Of a stretch of DNA of 64,000 bases, positions 19,478-29,608 are shown piece by piece (position 1 is the first letter of the stretch; each line of letters opens with the position of its first letter). The notes below the pieces were generated by a model. That model was given only the letters and a program-made list of their open reading frames with translations, ran no database searches and was not told the DNA's origin. Both the position numbers and the translations under genes were made by a program. The stretch is from positions 3,904,001 to 3,968,000 of the forward strand of contig OZ253564.1 of NCBI GenBank assembly GCA_965262915.1. The letters are read 5' to 3'. The DNA is from Candidatus Spongiisociaceae bacterium. Its GTDB lineage: Bacteria; Actinomycetota; Acidimicrobiia; Spongiisociales; Spongiisociaceae.

Positions 19478-20425
19478 TCAGCGACTTTCCCGTCGATATG
19501 GAATCGCAAGCGCAGCCGGTGCGCCCAGTTTCCTGGCGAGTCTCGTACTACTCGTAAACAGGACAAGGAAGACGAGAGTAAAGACGAACGGCATCATGAG
19601 CAAGAAATCGGACGGAATCGGGATGTCCAGAAGCTGAAAGGTAAGGCCGAGATTGGCAAGCCCTCCGAAAGCGTACGACGCGAACAGTGCTCTCCAGGGC
19701 CGCCAGCCGGAGAACGCCACCATCGCGAACGCGATCCAGCCCAGTCCGCCCGAGAACCCTTGCTGCCACGCTCCGATGAGCACCACCGAGAGATAGCCAC
19801 CTGCCAGCCCCGTGAAAGCGCCACCCACCAGAACATGCATGTACCGCGTCAGGGTCACCGGTACGCCGGCCGCGTCCGCTGTGGCGGGATCCTCACCGAC
19901 CGCCCTCGCTGCGAGACCGCGACGTGTTCTGAAGAGGTAGAAACTGGCCGATCCGACGAGCAACCAAGATATGTAAACGAGCGCGTCATGGCCTAGGAGT
20001 ATCGGCCCCAAGATAGGCAGGTCGGAGAGGGCCTCGGGAAATACGGGGCCCAGGTCTCGAGGTGGTGACCTGCGTATCAGTGGCGGGCTGCCGATCTCAC
20101 CCAGATACGCGGAGAGCCCACTTCCCAGGATGAACAGCCCCAGACCGGAGACGATCTGGTTGACGCGGAAACTCACCGCCAGGACCGCATGGATCAGGGA
20201 GAACACCATCCCCATCAACATGGCCACGAATAGACCCAGCCAAGGGTTGTCTGTCCCCGATGCAGCCCAGAACCCGGTGACCGCGCCGATCAGCAGCATC
20301 CCCTCGATACCCAGATTCATCACACCCGAACGCTCGGTGAGGATCTCACCGACCGAAACAAGCACAAGGGTGGTTCCAGAAGCGATCGCGGCGACGATCG
20401 AGAGAATGAAGACCGTATCGTTCAT
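19478..20425 (-). CDS. ABC permease (NupC type), importer 2
   Basis: GEILTERSGVMNLGIEG; GLGWIAFAMVAFSGWRP; GAPAALAIPYRRESR. Confidence 0.93.
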   Translation of the reverse strand: MNDTVFILSIVAAIASGTTLVLVSVGEILTERSGVMNLGIEGMLLIGAVTGFWAASGTDNPWLGLFVAMLMGMVFSLIHAVLAVSFRVNQIVSGLGLFILGSGLSAYLGEIGSPPLIRRSPPRDLGPVFPEALSDLPILGPILLGHDALVYISWLLVGSASFYLFRTRRGLAARAVGEDPATADAAGVPVTLTRYMHVLVGGAFTGLAGGYLSVVLIGAWQQGFSGGLGWIAFAMVAFSGWRPWRALFASYAFGGLANLGLTFQLLDIPIPSDFLLMMPFVFTLVFLVLFTSSTRLARKLGAPAALAIPYRRESR

Positions 20426-21561
20426 AGAGGCACCCCTTCGAGCGCTACCAGCGGCTCGGTTCGATCAACTACTCGAAGCCGGTAGAGGGCGAAGAACTGG
20501 CCGGCCGCGGCAGCCAGCAGGAGAATACCGTGAAATGCGATGACGACGGAGTTAGGAATCCCGAGGGTCTGCAACGCTTGGCCGGAGTTCGTGATCGCCG
20601 CGACAACAACCCCAACGGGTATCACCGCGGCCAGATTGAAACGCGCCAGCGCCGCGACAACGATGCCCGTGTAGCCCAGGCCAATCGACAACGCGCCCGG
20701 TTCGAGAGCACGGAGCACTCCTGATACCTCTATCCCGCCTGCCAAGCCGGCAAGGCCTCCAGAAAGAACGAGCACCGAGATGATCTTCCGTGTCACGTTC
20801 ATGCCCGCATAACGTGCGGCTTTCCGGGAGTCCCCGATCGCCCTCACCTCGAACCCCCACGGGGTGTACCTGATGGCAGCCCACAGCCCGACGGCAAGCA
20901 TCACCGCGATCAGGACGCCTATGTGCAGTCCGCGACGTCCTCCTCCCCAGAGAAGGGCGAGTTCGGCGACTTGGGGAATCGGTTCCCCGGTGGGGAAGTT
21001 CGCCCGGTCGAGATCCCGCCATAGGCTCCTGCTACCCAGCACGAGGTAGTTCATGACGAAGAGCGCGATGAAGTTCAACATGAGCGTCGATGTGACCTCG
21101 TCCGTGCCGAAGTATGCACGTGGCAGAGCAGCGATCAAGGCGAGCAGGCATCCACCGAGGACGCCGGCAGCGAGCACCACCGGGACAGCAATCCAGGGAG
21201 ACCAACCGTCCACGAAGAGGATCGCGACCCCGGATGCGCCGATCGCACCGAAGTACAACTGCCCCTCTGCGCCGATGTTCCAGATGACCATCTTGAAGGA
21301 GAGCGCGGCGGCGAGCCCGGTCAGTATGAGCGGAGTCGCCAGTATCAGCGTCCGTCTCAAAGCCAACTCGGAGCGGATACCGCCCGTGATCATCAGTTGT
21401 AGCGACGGTATCGGTTCGAAGCCGGTGACCAGAAGCAGTAACGCTCCCGCGAGGATGGCCCCGCATAGGACTCCCAACACCAGGGCCAGCTTGAATCGAG
21501 CCGACTGGCGTGGCCGAGGCTCCACCCGCAACGTACCCACGAACGCGAGGAGGCCACTCAT
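20422..21561 (-). CDS. ABC permease (NupB type), importer 2
   Basis: WNIGAEGQ; DEVTSTLMLN; GYTGIVVAALARFN. Confidence 0.93.
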   Translation of the reverse strand: MSGLLAFVGTLRVEPRPRQSARFKLALVLGVLCGAILAGALLLLVTGFEPIPSLQLMITGGIRSELALRRTLILATPLILTGLAAALSFKMVIWNIGAEGQLYFGAIGASGVAILFVDGWSPWIAVPVVLAAGVLGGCLLALIAALPRAYFGTDEVTSTLMLNFIALFVMNYLVLGSRSLWRDLDRANFPTGEPIPQVAELALLWGGGRRGLHIGVLIAVMLAVGLWAAIRYTPWGFEVRAIGDSRKAARYAGMNVTRKIISVLVLSGGLAGLAGGIEVSGVLRALEPGALSIGLGYTGIVVAALARFNLAAVIPVGVVVAAITNSGQALQTLGIPNSVVIAFHGILLLAAAAGQFFALYRLRVVDRTEPLVALEGVPL

Positions 21562-21782
21562 GAGCTCAGCGGATACACCGCTTCAATCGACCGGGTGCCG
21601 GACGACGGGTAATGGGCCCGCATCCGTGAGACAACGTATCTCGCGCCAAGCCGGCCGGGTCCCGATCAGGGACACTGGACAACGTGGGGGTGCGATGGTC
21701 CTCGTCGTCTCTCGACTCATCCCGAGCAGATCCGGCGAGACCCGGACGAGTGCCCGTTCATCAACCCGGGCCTGCCCGGCCC

Positions 21783-21937
21783 GTGGTCTGTCTGTGAAGG
21801 GCCGGTGCGGCGTGCGCCGGCAGCGGCCTCGCGATGCCCACCGACCAAGGCGAACCGCAGGGGTACGTTTAGCGTCGGAGTGGCGAAGGGCGCCGCCGGC
21901 AAGCAGGACATGGCGAGTCAAATTGCAGCCAGACCAC
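21783..21937 (+). mobile_element. MITE-like repeat, copy A (ends GTGGTCTG...CAGACCAC)
   Basis: Aligns along its whole length with the reverse complement of 28468-28629; terminal inverted repeats; TAG on the right flank. Confidence 0.7.
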
Positions 21938-22040
21938 TAGGCGGGTGGTCTAAAACGGTGGGGAGCAACGGCCCGTCTTCCTCTGAACAGGCACTATGTT
22001 ATCGCTCGACGGGCCGTGAAGGGAGTTTCACACCACCCTC

Positions 22041-23225
22041 CTAGGTTGGAATGCTCGCTCCCTCGAGGAATGACACCAGCCAGTCGCAGCATGCCTGGAC
22101 TTCCACGAGGCCCAGAGATGCTCCGGCCGGTACCCGTTCGGTACCCTCGTTGTCGACGAGCGGTCCCCCGAAGACCTCGAAACTGCCGCTGACCAACTCC
22201 GCCTTCTTCGCCTCGATTGCCTCGAGGATGGCCGGAGTAACGGCGGGCCCGTACGTAGCCTCGATCAACATGCCTTCGGCAATACCGCCGTAATAGAGTT
22301 CAGGCTGCCAAACACCTGCGATCATGTCCTCGACGGCCTTCTGGTAGTACGCGTCCCACCGGATATGGAAACCGCCGGCCCAGGACTGCGGGTTGACATC
22401 TGACAAGTCCTGGTCGTAACTGCTGAACAGTATCCCCTCGCGATCGGCAAAGGACGGGATCCCCGGCGAACTCATGTCGCTGACGATCACATCCGCGCCG
22501 GCTTCGAAAAGCGTGCGCGCCGCTTCCCGTTCGAGGTCAGGGTCGTACCACGAGTTCACCCACAAGATCTCCATCCTGGCGTCCGGATTCACGGACTCCA
22601 CTCCCAAAGCAACTGCGTTGAGGGTCCGGACCTCGATCGGAACAGGGAAGCCGGAGATGAAGCCGACCACTCCGGTTTCGGTCAGCAGTCCCGCCATCAT
22701 CCCGTGGAGGTATCGGACTTGCTCGATTGAGGTGAAGTATTGAGCGAGGTTGTCGGCAAGCATCGTTCCGCCCACAGTTGCAAACTTCGAGTCGGTATAG
22801 TCCTCGTTGATCGTGAGAATGTCCTCGGTATGACTCGAACCGGTGGCCAGGATCAGCTGGTGGCCTTGCGACGCCAGTTCCTCTAGGGCAAGCTGAGCCC
22901 GCTGGCCCGGGTTGGCACCCTCGATCCTCGTGATCTCGATTCCCGGATACTTCTCTTTCACACGGTCGATAGCTGCGTTGTGCGATTCGTTCCAACCACC
23001 GTCCAGTAGTGGCCCATCGAAGATCACGCCGACTTTCAGACCGGAGCCGTCGGCACCTAATTCACTGCCCGACGCGGCTGTCGTAGCTACCGTGGTCGTA
23101 GCGGCTTGAGTAGTCGCCGGAGCCTGTGTGGCCACCGTTGTCTCGGCGATGTCGTCATCGTCGCCACACGCTCCGGCCAGGAGGGCGAGAGCCAGTGTCA
23201 GAGCTAGTAGTCGCCTCCAGGTCAT
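22041..23225 (-). CDS. BMP-family ABC substrate-binding lipoprotein, importer 2
   Basis: MTWRRLLALTLALALLAGAC lipobox; DGGWNESH; PIEVRTLNAVALG; WVNSWYDP. GAGGAG RBS. Confidence 0.93.
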   Translation of the reverse strand: MTWRRLLALTLALALLAGACGDDDDIAETTVATQAPATTQAATTTVATTAASGSELGADGSGLKVGVIFDGPLLDGGWNESHNAAIDRVKEKYPGIEITRIEGANPGQRAQLALEELASQGHQLILATGSSHTEDILTINEDYTDSKFATVGGTMLADNLAQYFTSIEQVRYLHGMMAGLLTETGVVGFISGFPVPIEVRTLNAVALGVESVNPDARMEILWVNSWYDPDLEREAARTLFEAGADVIVSDMSSPGIPSFADREGILFSSYDQDLSDVNPQSWAGGFHIRWDAYYQKAVEDMIAGVWQPELYYGGIAEGMLIEATYGPAVTPAILEAIEAKKAELVSGSFEVFGGPLVDNEGTERVPAGASLGLVEVQACCDWLVSFLEGASIPT

Positions 23226-23262
23226 AGTGCTTCTCCTCAACTCGCACGGTACGTTGGAGCTT

Positions 23263-23290
23263 TGATAACCGGTTGTCATATCCGTGTCAA
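23263..23290 (-). promoter_or_regulatory. Palindromic operator TGATAACCGGTTGTCA overlapping a TTGACA-type promoter for BMP 2
   Basis: 16-bp near-perfect palindrome at 23263-23278; minus-strand TTGACA at 23290-23285; a related palindrome TCATAATGGTTATGA at 23438-23452. Confidence 0.5.
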
Positions 23291-23514
23291 GCTATAGCCC
23301 GAATCTCCAAGGTTGGCTGGTGTGGTGAGGGTCCACTACAAGGGTCACAGGATCTCGCTTCGGCGACTGCCAGAAGTGGCGCGGTCCGCAGACTGCTTGG
23401 GCGCCGCCACGGAGATGGCGGTGCTGGGTGGGTCATGTCATAATGGTTATGAATTCTGTCTTCTGAGACCGGTCGTGTGTCCGAGAAACGATTCGACGTG
23501 TCACGCCAAGCCCG

Positions 23515-25110
23515 ATGGGCTTGACTAAGCGGGCGCGGCGTTCCCACGGTCCCGGCGAACCGGGGCCGAGTCGGGAGGAGTCGGCGACTCTCGATGCCGG
23601 GAGTGGATTCGCCGCCGAACTCCGTTCGATCCGCAAGTCCTTCTTCGGTGTGCCCGCCAATCACAACATCGATTTCACTGTCAGGTGGGGTGAGGTTCAT
23701 GCGCTACTCGGCGAGAACGGTGCCGGCAAGTCGACTCTGTGTTCGGTCCTCGCCGGGCTCTACCGACCTGACGCCGGCGAGATCATCATCGATGGAGCAC
23801 CGGTAGAGTTCCGATCGCCCCATGACGCATTGGCCGCCGGTGTCGGGATGGTCTACCAGCACTTCCGCCTGGTCGACACATTCACGGTGGCCGAGAACCT
23901 CGCGCTCGGCCACGAAGCAGAAGGCCGCCTGTCCCGCAAGAAGATCGAGGCCGACGTCAGCGCGCTCAGCAAGGCTTACGAGCTGCCGGTGTCTCCAAGG
24001 GCCCGGATCTGGCAGCTCTCTGTGGGTGAGCAGCAGCGCGTCGAGATCCTGAAGCTATTGCACCGCGGCGTCCGTATCCTCATTCTGGACGAGCCGACCG
24101 CAGTCCTGACGCTGCAGGAGTCAGAGGCGCTGTTCCGAACGGTTCGGCTCATGGCCGATGAGGGCAAAGCCGTCATCTTCGTATCTCACAAGCTCGACGA
24201 GGTCCTCGCCGTGTCGGACCGCATAACGGTCCTGCGGGACACCGAGAAGGTCGTAGAGATGCCGGCGGCATCTGCCGATGCCGCCGGCTTGGCGCGCATG
24301 ATGGTCGGACGCGATGTGAAACTGCCTCAACGGGGGAGTTCCGAGGCGCCAGGCGCACCGGTACTGACCGTACGGGGAATGACGGTGGTAGGCGATCGCG
24401 GTGTCAAAGCCGTCCGCGGTGTCGATCTGAACCTACGCAGGGGCGAGATCGTGGGGATCGCCGGTGTTGCCGGAAACGGTCAGCGCGAACTCGCCGAAGC
24501 CCTCGTGGGTCTCCGACGTACCGAAAATGGAACGGTGACTCTCGATGACACCGACATAACCAAGGCATCTCCTCTGGACCGTATCCGGCTGGGTCTGGGT
24601 TTCGTACCCGAGGATCGCCTCGGCATGGGTCTCGCAGGCGGCCTGTCGCTCGAGGACAATCTGATCCTGAAGTCGTACCGGTGGCCCCCCTATCGACGCG
24701 GCCTCCGACTGTCATCCCGGGTGATTCGGAAGAGTGCGCGGCATCTGACCGAACGATTCGACATCCGAGGGGCCCTCACGGATTTGCCGGTTCGCTTTCT
24801 CTCGGGAGGGAATCTTCAACGGGCGATACTTGCCCGGGAGATATCCCAACAACCCAAGGTGCTGATCGCCGGCTCACCCACGAGGGGCCTGGACATCGCC
24901 GCCATCGCAGCCGTCCGCGAGATGCTGCTCGAACAGCGCGAGAACGGCAAGGCCATTCTTCTGTTGTCCGAAGACCTCGACGAGCTGCATTCCCTGGCGG
25001 ATGCCATCCTCGTCATGTACGAGGGCCGAATCGTCGGGCAGATTGCGCCTGACCGATTCGACCCCGAAGAGGTCGGACTGATGATGTCGGGGCTCAGCGA
25101 CACCCGATAG
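23515..25110 (+). CDS. ABC ATP-binding protein (NupA type), importer 2, divergently transcribed
   Basis: GENGAGKST; LDEPTAVLT; LSGGNLQR; SPTRGLD. Confidence 0.95.
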   Translation: MGLTKRARRSHGPGEPGPSREESATLDAGSGFAAELRSIRKSFFGVPANHNIDFTVRWGEVHALLGENGAGKSTLCSVLAGLYRPDAGEIIIDGAPVEFRSPHDALAAGVGMVYQHFRLVDTFTVAENLALGHEAEGRLSRKKIEADVSALSKAYELPVSPRARIWQLSVGEQQRVEILKLLHRGVRILILDEPTAVLTLQESEALFRTVRLMADEGKAVIFVSHKLDEVLAVSDRITVLRDTEKVVEMPAASADAAGLARMMVGRDVKLPQRGSSEAPGAPVLTVRGMTVVGDRGVKAVRGVDLNLRRGEIVGIAGVAGNGQRELAEALVGLRRTENGTVTLDDTDITKASPLDRIRLGLGFVPEDRLGMGLAGGLSLEDNLILKSYRWPPYRRGLRLSSRVIRKSARHLTERFDIRGALTDLPVRFLSGGNLQRAILAREISQQPKVLIAGSPTRGLDIAAIAAVREMLLEQRENGKAILLLSEDLDELHSLADAILVMYEGRIVGQIAPDRFDPEEVGLMMSGLSDTR

Positions 25111-25407
25111 GGGACCACCATCCGGGCCGTTTCGGGACTCCGGGTAGATGAACATCGAACATCGCCCCCGGATACCTCCTCGCGCGACTCCATCCCGGAC
25201 GGACCGCCGCTCGAAGTTGCCGAAACCGGAGGTAGACCCTGTGCGCGACGAGGCTGGATTGCGGATCGGATGCGCCACTCTCTAACTGAAATGCCTGGTC
25301 CGCGACGTGTTTCCGTAGGTTAGGGTCGAAGGGGCTCGGCGGGCACCGGAACCCGGGCATCAACCTTGCTCCGAACCAACATGAGCGGGCCCTACCTAGG
25401 AGGACAG

Positions 25408-26163
25408 ATGGGTACTTTCGATGACAAGGTCGTGATCGTCACCGGCGCGGCGATGGGGATCGGCCAAGCATACGCACTGGCCTTTGCGCGGGAAGGCGCC
25501 CACGTCGTCGTCGCAGACATTGCCGACAGCAGCGAAACGGTCGGCCTGATCGGGGCAGAAGGGGGTGATGTCCTACCCATCCATGTTGACGTGACGGAAC
25601 TCGAGTCGACTGCTGCGATGGCTGGCGCCGTTGGTCGCGCCTACGGGAGAATCGATGTCCTCGTCAACAACGCCGCCTACTACCGGACCCAGAAAATGCT
25701 CCCGTTCGATCAGATGTCTGTCGAGGAATGGGACAAGGCCTTTGCCGTCAATACCCGCGGGTCTTGGTTGTGTGCTCGAGCGGTGTTCCCGTACATGAAA
25801 GAGCAGCGGTCGGGAAAGGTCATCAACATCTCGTCGATGACCGCATTCAAGAAGTATGTCCTCCCTGAGGGTCAAGGATTCCTTCACTATGTTGCGTCCA
25901 AAGCCGCAGTAATCGGCCTGACCCGCGGTCTTGCCATCGAGATGGGCCCGCACAACATCTGTGTCAACACTGTTGTACCGGAATACATTCCAACAGGTAT
26001 CTGGGGGGATGAGGTCGACCATTACGTGATCGAAGAACGCATATTCAAGCGTACCCAAACCCCTGAGGACATGGTTGGGATCGTACTCTTCTTGGCCGGA
26101 TCCGGATCGGACATGATCACCGGCCAGACGATCATGGTGAACGGAGGAACCCTCCTCCATTGA
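25408..26163 (+). CDS. Short-chain dehydrogenase/reductase
   Basis: TGAAMGIG, NNAA, NISS, YVASK. AGGAGG RBS before ATG 25408. Confidence 0.93.
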   Translation: MGTFDDKVVIVTGAAMGIGQAYALAFAREGAHVVVADIADSSETVGLIGAEGGDVLPIHVDVTELESTAAMAGAVGRAYGRIDVLVNNAAYYRTQKMLPFDQMSVEEWDKAFAVNTRGSWLCARAVFPYMKEQRSGKVINISSMTAFKKYVLPEGQGFLHYVASKAAVIGLTRGLAIEMGPHNICVNTVVPEYIPTGIWGDEVDHYVIEERIFKRTQTPEDMVGIVLFLAGSGSDMITGQTIMVNGGTLLH

Positions 26164-26277
26164 GCGAGACCGACGGTTCTGTCAACATGGACCAGACTGA
26201 GCGGCTCGCCTGACGGGGGACGTCCTTTCGTAGCGCTTTTGCGAGCGTGCGATTCCGGCGGCGCTCGAGATCGGCGG

Positions 26278-27270
26278 CTACGGCAGGTATGAACCGGTGT
26301 GGTCGAGGGATCTCAAGAGACGACGGTAGGAAATAGCCCCCGCATCGGGAACCTTGAGGTGAAGCTCGTCCCTCAGATCGAGCGGGATCTCTTCAGGACG
26401 CTGTGACTCGACGATGGCTTTGTCCTGCAGGAGAACGAACCTCTGGAACTCGGCAAGCTCGTCGTCGCTCTCGTCGAAGGAGTGGTCCCGTGACCGCCAA
26501 CAGAAGACCCGCGTCCTGTTCGAGGAGATCGGCGAAGCCACCATCGAGATGTAGTCATGCTCGCCCGGTCTCTGGTCCCATCCTCCCTCGATGTGAGCGG
26601 TGAAGGGAAGATGCAACAGATAGGAGTAGTAGGAGTGGTTCCCGGCTCCTTGATCGGTTGCTCCTCGGAGATCGGTCGGCAGAGGTGGCCAGATGGTGTA
26701 CTTGATGTTCGAGCCGTCCACTTCAACCTCGTGGCGCGGGGTCACGGTGTTGTCGCGCGTACCGAGGAGCCCGTCGTGTACCCAGGCGAAGTGGGACACG
26801 TCTAGGAAGTTCTCTATCGCTCTGCCGGCCGATGTCGACCACGCTGCGTCATATACGAGGAGGGTACGGTACCGGTCTTTGTCCCAAAACCCGTCGGGGA
26901 AGGGAGGGACCGGTGACACCGGATCATCCAGGCAAACCCACACGAGGTCGTAGGCCTCCACCGCCCGAAAGGCGGGCGTGCGGGCTTTAGGGGGGATGGG
27001 GGAGCCTTCGGGCAGGGAGGGAATCCTTACGCAGCGACCGGTTGGGTCGTACTGCCATCCGTGGTAGGCGCAGGTGAGTTTGCCATCGTCGATCCAACCG
27101 AGAGACAGCGCCGTTCCCCGGTGTATGCACAGATCCTTGAGCGCGGAGATTCCGGACTCGGTCCGAAACAGCACCACCTTTTCGTCGAGCAACTGCACGG
27201 ATGCCGGCTGTCTCGATACATCGTCGGCCTTCGCTACCGGATGCCAGTAGTTACGCAGGCTCGCGCCCAA
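26278..27270 (-). CDS. Rieske oxygenase alpha subunit 2 (NdmA/SxtT-like)
   Basis: CIHRG...CAYHGW; ENFLDVSHFAWVH; QDKAIVESQRPEEIPLDL..ELH...YRR. Confidence 0.93.
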   Translation of the reverse strand: MGASLRNYWHPVAKADDVSRQPASVQLLDEKVVLFRTESGISALKDLCIHRGTALSLGWIDDGKLTCAYHGWQYDPTGRCVRIPSLPEGSPIPPKARTPAFRAVEAYDLVWVCLDDPVSPVPPFPDGFWDKDRYRTLLVYDAAWSTSAGRAIENFLDVSHFAWVHDGLLGTRDNTVTPRHEVEVDGSNIKYTIWPPLPTDLRGATDQGAGNHSYYSYLLHLPFTAHIEGGWDQRPGEHDYISMVASPISSNRTRVFCWRSRDHSFDESDDELAEFQRFVLLQDKAIVESQRPEEIPLDLRDELHLKVPDAGAISYRRLLRSLDHTGSYLP

Positions 27271-27385
27271 TCAACACCCCCTCCAACTCGATCGGTAGCC
27301 AGGCCATCTATCACGACGGTACCACCGCCCGGTCTCCGGCGGTAGGCCCGCTCATTCCATGAGACAGTGCCACATGCCCGGTCCG

Positions 27386-28444
27386 TCATGGTGCCAGCGC
27401 GCTGGCACCGAGGCCTCTCTCCGCCAGTAGTTTGCGCAGGGCTATCGCAGGGGCGTCGACACCCTTGATATGTAATTCGGCGGTGATGTCGAGCGGTAAC
27501 TCTTCGGGACGCTGTGCCTCCACGATGGGCTGATCCTGCATGGCGACCGTGTACTGGGTGGAACTGTACTTCTCGTCCGACGCCGGATCGAGGTCGTAGT
27601 TTCGGGTTATCCACGTGAACCGGCGAGTCCTGGTCGGGGCCATGGGTTGCAGAACGATGTCAAACCGGTAGTGCGCGTCAGCCTCTGCTTCCCTATCGTG
27701 ATCGTCTTCGGCACCATGAACCACCTTCTCGGTCGGTCGAAAGCCCGCTTCCGTGATCACGAACCAGAAGGGCAGCGTGAATCGATAGAAGATGCCTTCG
27801 CGGACCCAACCATCCTCTGCGGTCTCGTCCCGGATGTCCGTCTCGACCACATAGCTGAACCCCTCCGGCTCCGTCGTGAGCGGACCGGTGTACACCATCG
27901 GCCGTTCCGGATCACCGAGCAGACCCGTGTGAACCCATGCGAAGTGACCGGCGTCGAGAAAGTTCTCCATCATCCGGCCTGCACTCGCCTCCCACTCGAA
28001 GGGAGGCAGGAAGATGGTTCTGCACGTGGGATCTTCCCATTCCGGCATAGAGCCCGGTCCATTGACCGGATTACCGAGGGTCGCCCAGATGACACCAAAC
28101 CGCTCGATGGTGGGATAGGTCGGAACCCTGGCCTTGGGCGGGATGGGGGCCGCCGGATCCCGCTGTGGAATACGGACACATGCTCCCGACCGGTCGTACT
28201 GCCAGCCGTGGTAACCGCAGGTAAGTTTCGATCCGTCGACCCAACCCATCGACAGCGGGCTCCCCCGGTGAATACAGAGATCCTTGTAGACCACCGGGTC
28301 TGCATCGAGCCTGACAACCGCCAGCCTTTCTCCGAACAAGCTGGTTCCGACCGGCTTGTCGGTGACTTCCGACGACATCGCCACCGGGTACCAGTAATCC
28401 CGCGGAGCCGGGTGAGCACCGGGACGTCGCTTCGTGTCAGTCAT
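27386..28444 (-). CDS. Rieske oxygenase alpha subunit 3 (NdmA/SxtT-like)
   Basis: CIHRG...CGYHGW; ENFLDAGHFAWVH; QDQPIVEAQRPEELPLD. AGGAGG RBS before ATG 28444. Confidence 0.93.
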   Translation of the reverse strand: MTDTKRRPGAHPAPRDYWYPVAMSSEVTDKPVGTSLFGERLAVVRLDADPVVYKDLCIHRGSPLSMGWVDGSKLTCGYHGWQYDRSGACVRIPQRDPAAPIPPKARVPTYPTIERFGVIWATLGNPVNGPGSMPEWEDPTCRTIFLPPFEWEASAGRMMENFLDAGHFAWVHTGLLGDPERPMVYTGPLTTEPEGFSYVVETDIRDETAEDGWVREGIFYRFTLPFWFVITEAGFRPTEKVVHGAEDDHDREAEADAHYRFDIVLQPMAPTRTRRFTWITRNYDLDPASDEKYSSTQYTVAMQDQPIVEAQRPEELPLDITAELHIKGVDAPAIALRKLLAERGLGASALAP

Positions 28445-28467
28445 AGTCGCAATGCCTCCTATCCTTA

Positions 28468-28629
28468 GTGGTCTGTCTGCCAAATGATTCGCCGTGTCCT
28501 GCTTGCCATCGACGCCCCTCGCTGTGTTCCGCCTCCTCGACGTACGCTACCGGTACGCCTTCGTCGGCGGGCCTTGCGAAGAACACCGCTGCCGGCGCAT
28601 GCCACACCACCCTTTGACGGGCAGACCAC
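28468..28629 (-). mobile_element. MITE-like repeat, copy B
   Basis: Imperfect inverted repeats TAGTGGTCTGTCTGCCAAA (28466-28484) / TTTGACGGGCAGACCACTA (28613-28631), 16/19 matches; TA(G) on both flanks; homologous to 21783-21937. Confidence 0.75.
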
Positions 28630-28660
28630 TAGTCGTCTCCGGACCGGCGGCACCACTCCG

Positions 28661-29608
28661 CTACCGGCTCTCTCTCGCAAATGGTCTGCCCAAGGCAGCC
28701 GGCGCTCCCAAGCGACGGGCGGCCTCAGGACGGGACGAGATGACTGCGAGCACCAAGATGGTCATGATGAACGGGAGCATGGCCAAGAAATCAGTGGGTA
28801 CACCGAATCCAACGATCTGAAACGTGAACCCCAATGTAGTGAGCGCACCGAACACATACGCGGCCAACATCGCCCGCCACGGCCTCCATCCGGAGAATAT
28901 CACGAGACAGAACGCGATCCAGCCCAGTCCGGCGGTGAGCGAGTCCTGCCAGGTACCGAGTATCTGGATTGAAAGGTATGCCCCCGCCATGCCGGCCAGC
29001 GCTCCACCCACCAGTGTTGCACTGTAGCGAACCGCAACAACTGGAATTCCCGCCGCATCGGCCGTAGCAGGATCATCACCCACCGCCCACAATGAGAGTC
29101 CCGGCCTAGTACGAAACAGGAAGTAGCTTGCAACGGCCACGATCACCCAGGACAGATAGACAACGACATCATGGTCGAAGACAAGCGGGCCTACGACCGG
29201 CAGACCGGTCATACCTTCTGGAAAGACACTGGAGAATCGAGCACCTGGGGGCCGTCCCGTGAGCTTTGGGGTGGTGGCGTCACCGAGGAAACCCGACATA
29301 CCCGTCCCGATGATCACGAGCGCCAATCCGGAGATGATCTGGTTGACACGCAGGCTGACGGCCAGTAGGGCATGCACGGTAGCGAGTAGCGTGGCTGCCA
29401 GTATGCCCACGAGCATCCCCAGCGCGAGGCTCTCCGTTTCGCTCGTAACCCAGAAGCCGCTCGCCGCCGATATCAGCATCATTCCCTCGATCCCGAGGTT
29501 CATGACCCCGGACCGCTCCGCAAGGATCTCCCCTATCGCGGCCAGCAGCATCGGGGTCCCGGCGGCGATCATGGAAGCTATCGACAGGACCAGGATCGTG
29601 TCGTTCAC
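28661..29608 (-). CDS. ABC permease (NupC type), importer 3
   Basis: GEILAERSGVMNLGIEG; close paralogue of 19478-20425. Confidence 0.93.
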   Translation of the reverse strand: MNDTILVLSIASMIAAGTPMLLAAIGEILAERSGVMNLGIEGMMLISAASGFWVTSETESLALGMLVGILAATLLATVHALLAVSLRVNQIISGLALVIIGTGMSGFLGDATTPKLTGRPPGARFSSVFPEGMTGLPVVGPLVFDHDVVVYLSWVIVAVASYFLFRTRPGLSLWAVGDDPATADAAGIPVVAVRYSATLVGGALAGMAGAYLSIQILGTWQDSLTAGLGWIAFCLVIFSGWRPWRAMLAAYVFGALTTLGFTFQIVGFGVPTDFLAMLPFIMTILVLAVISSRPEAARRLGAPAALGRPFARESR

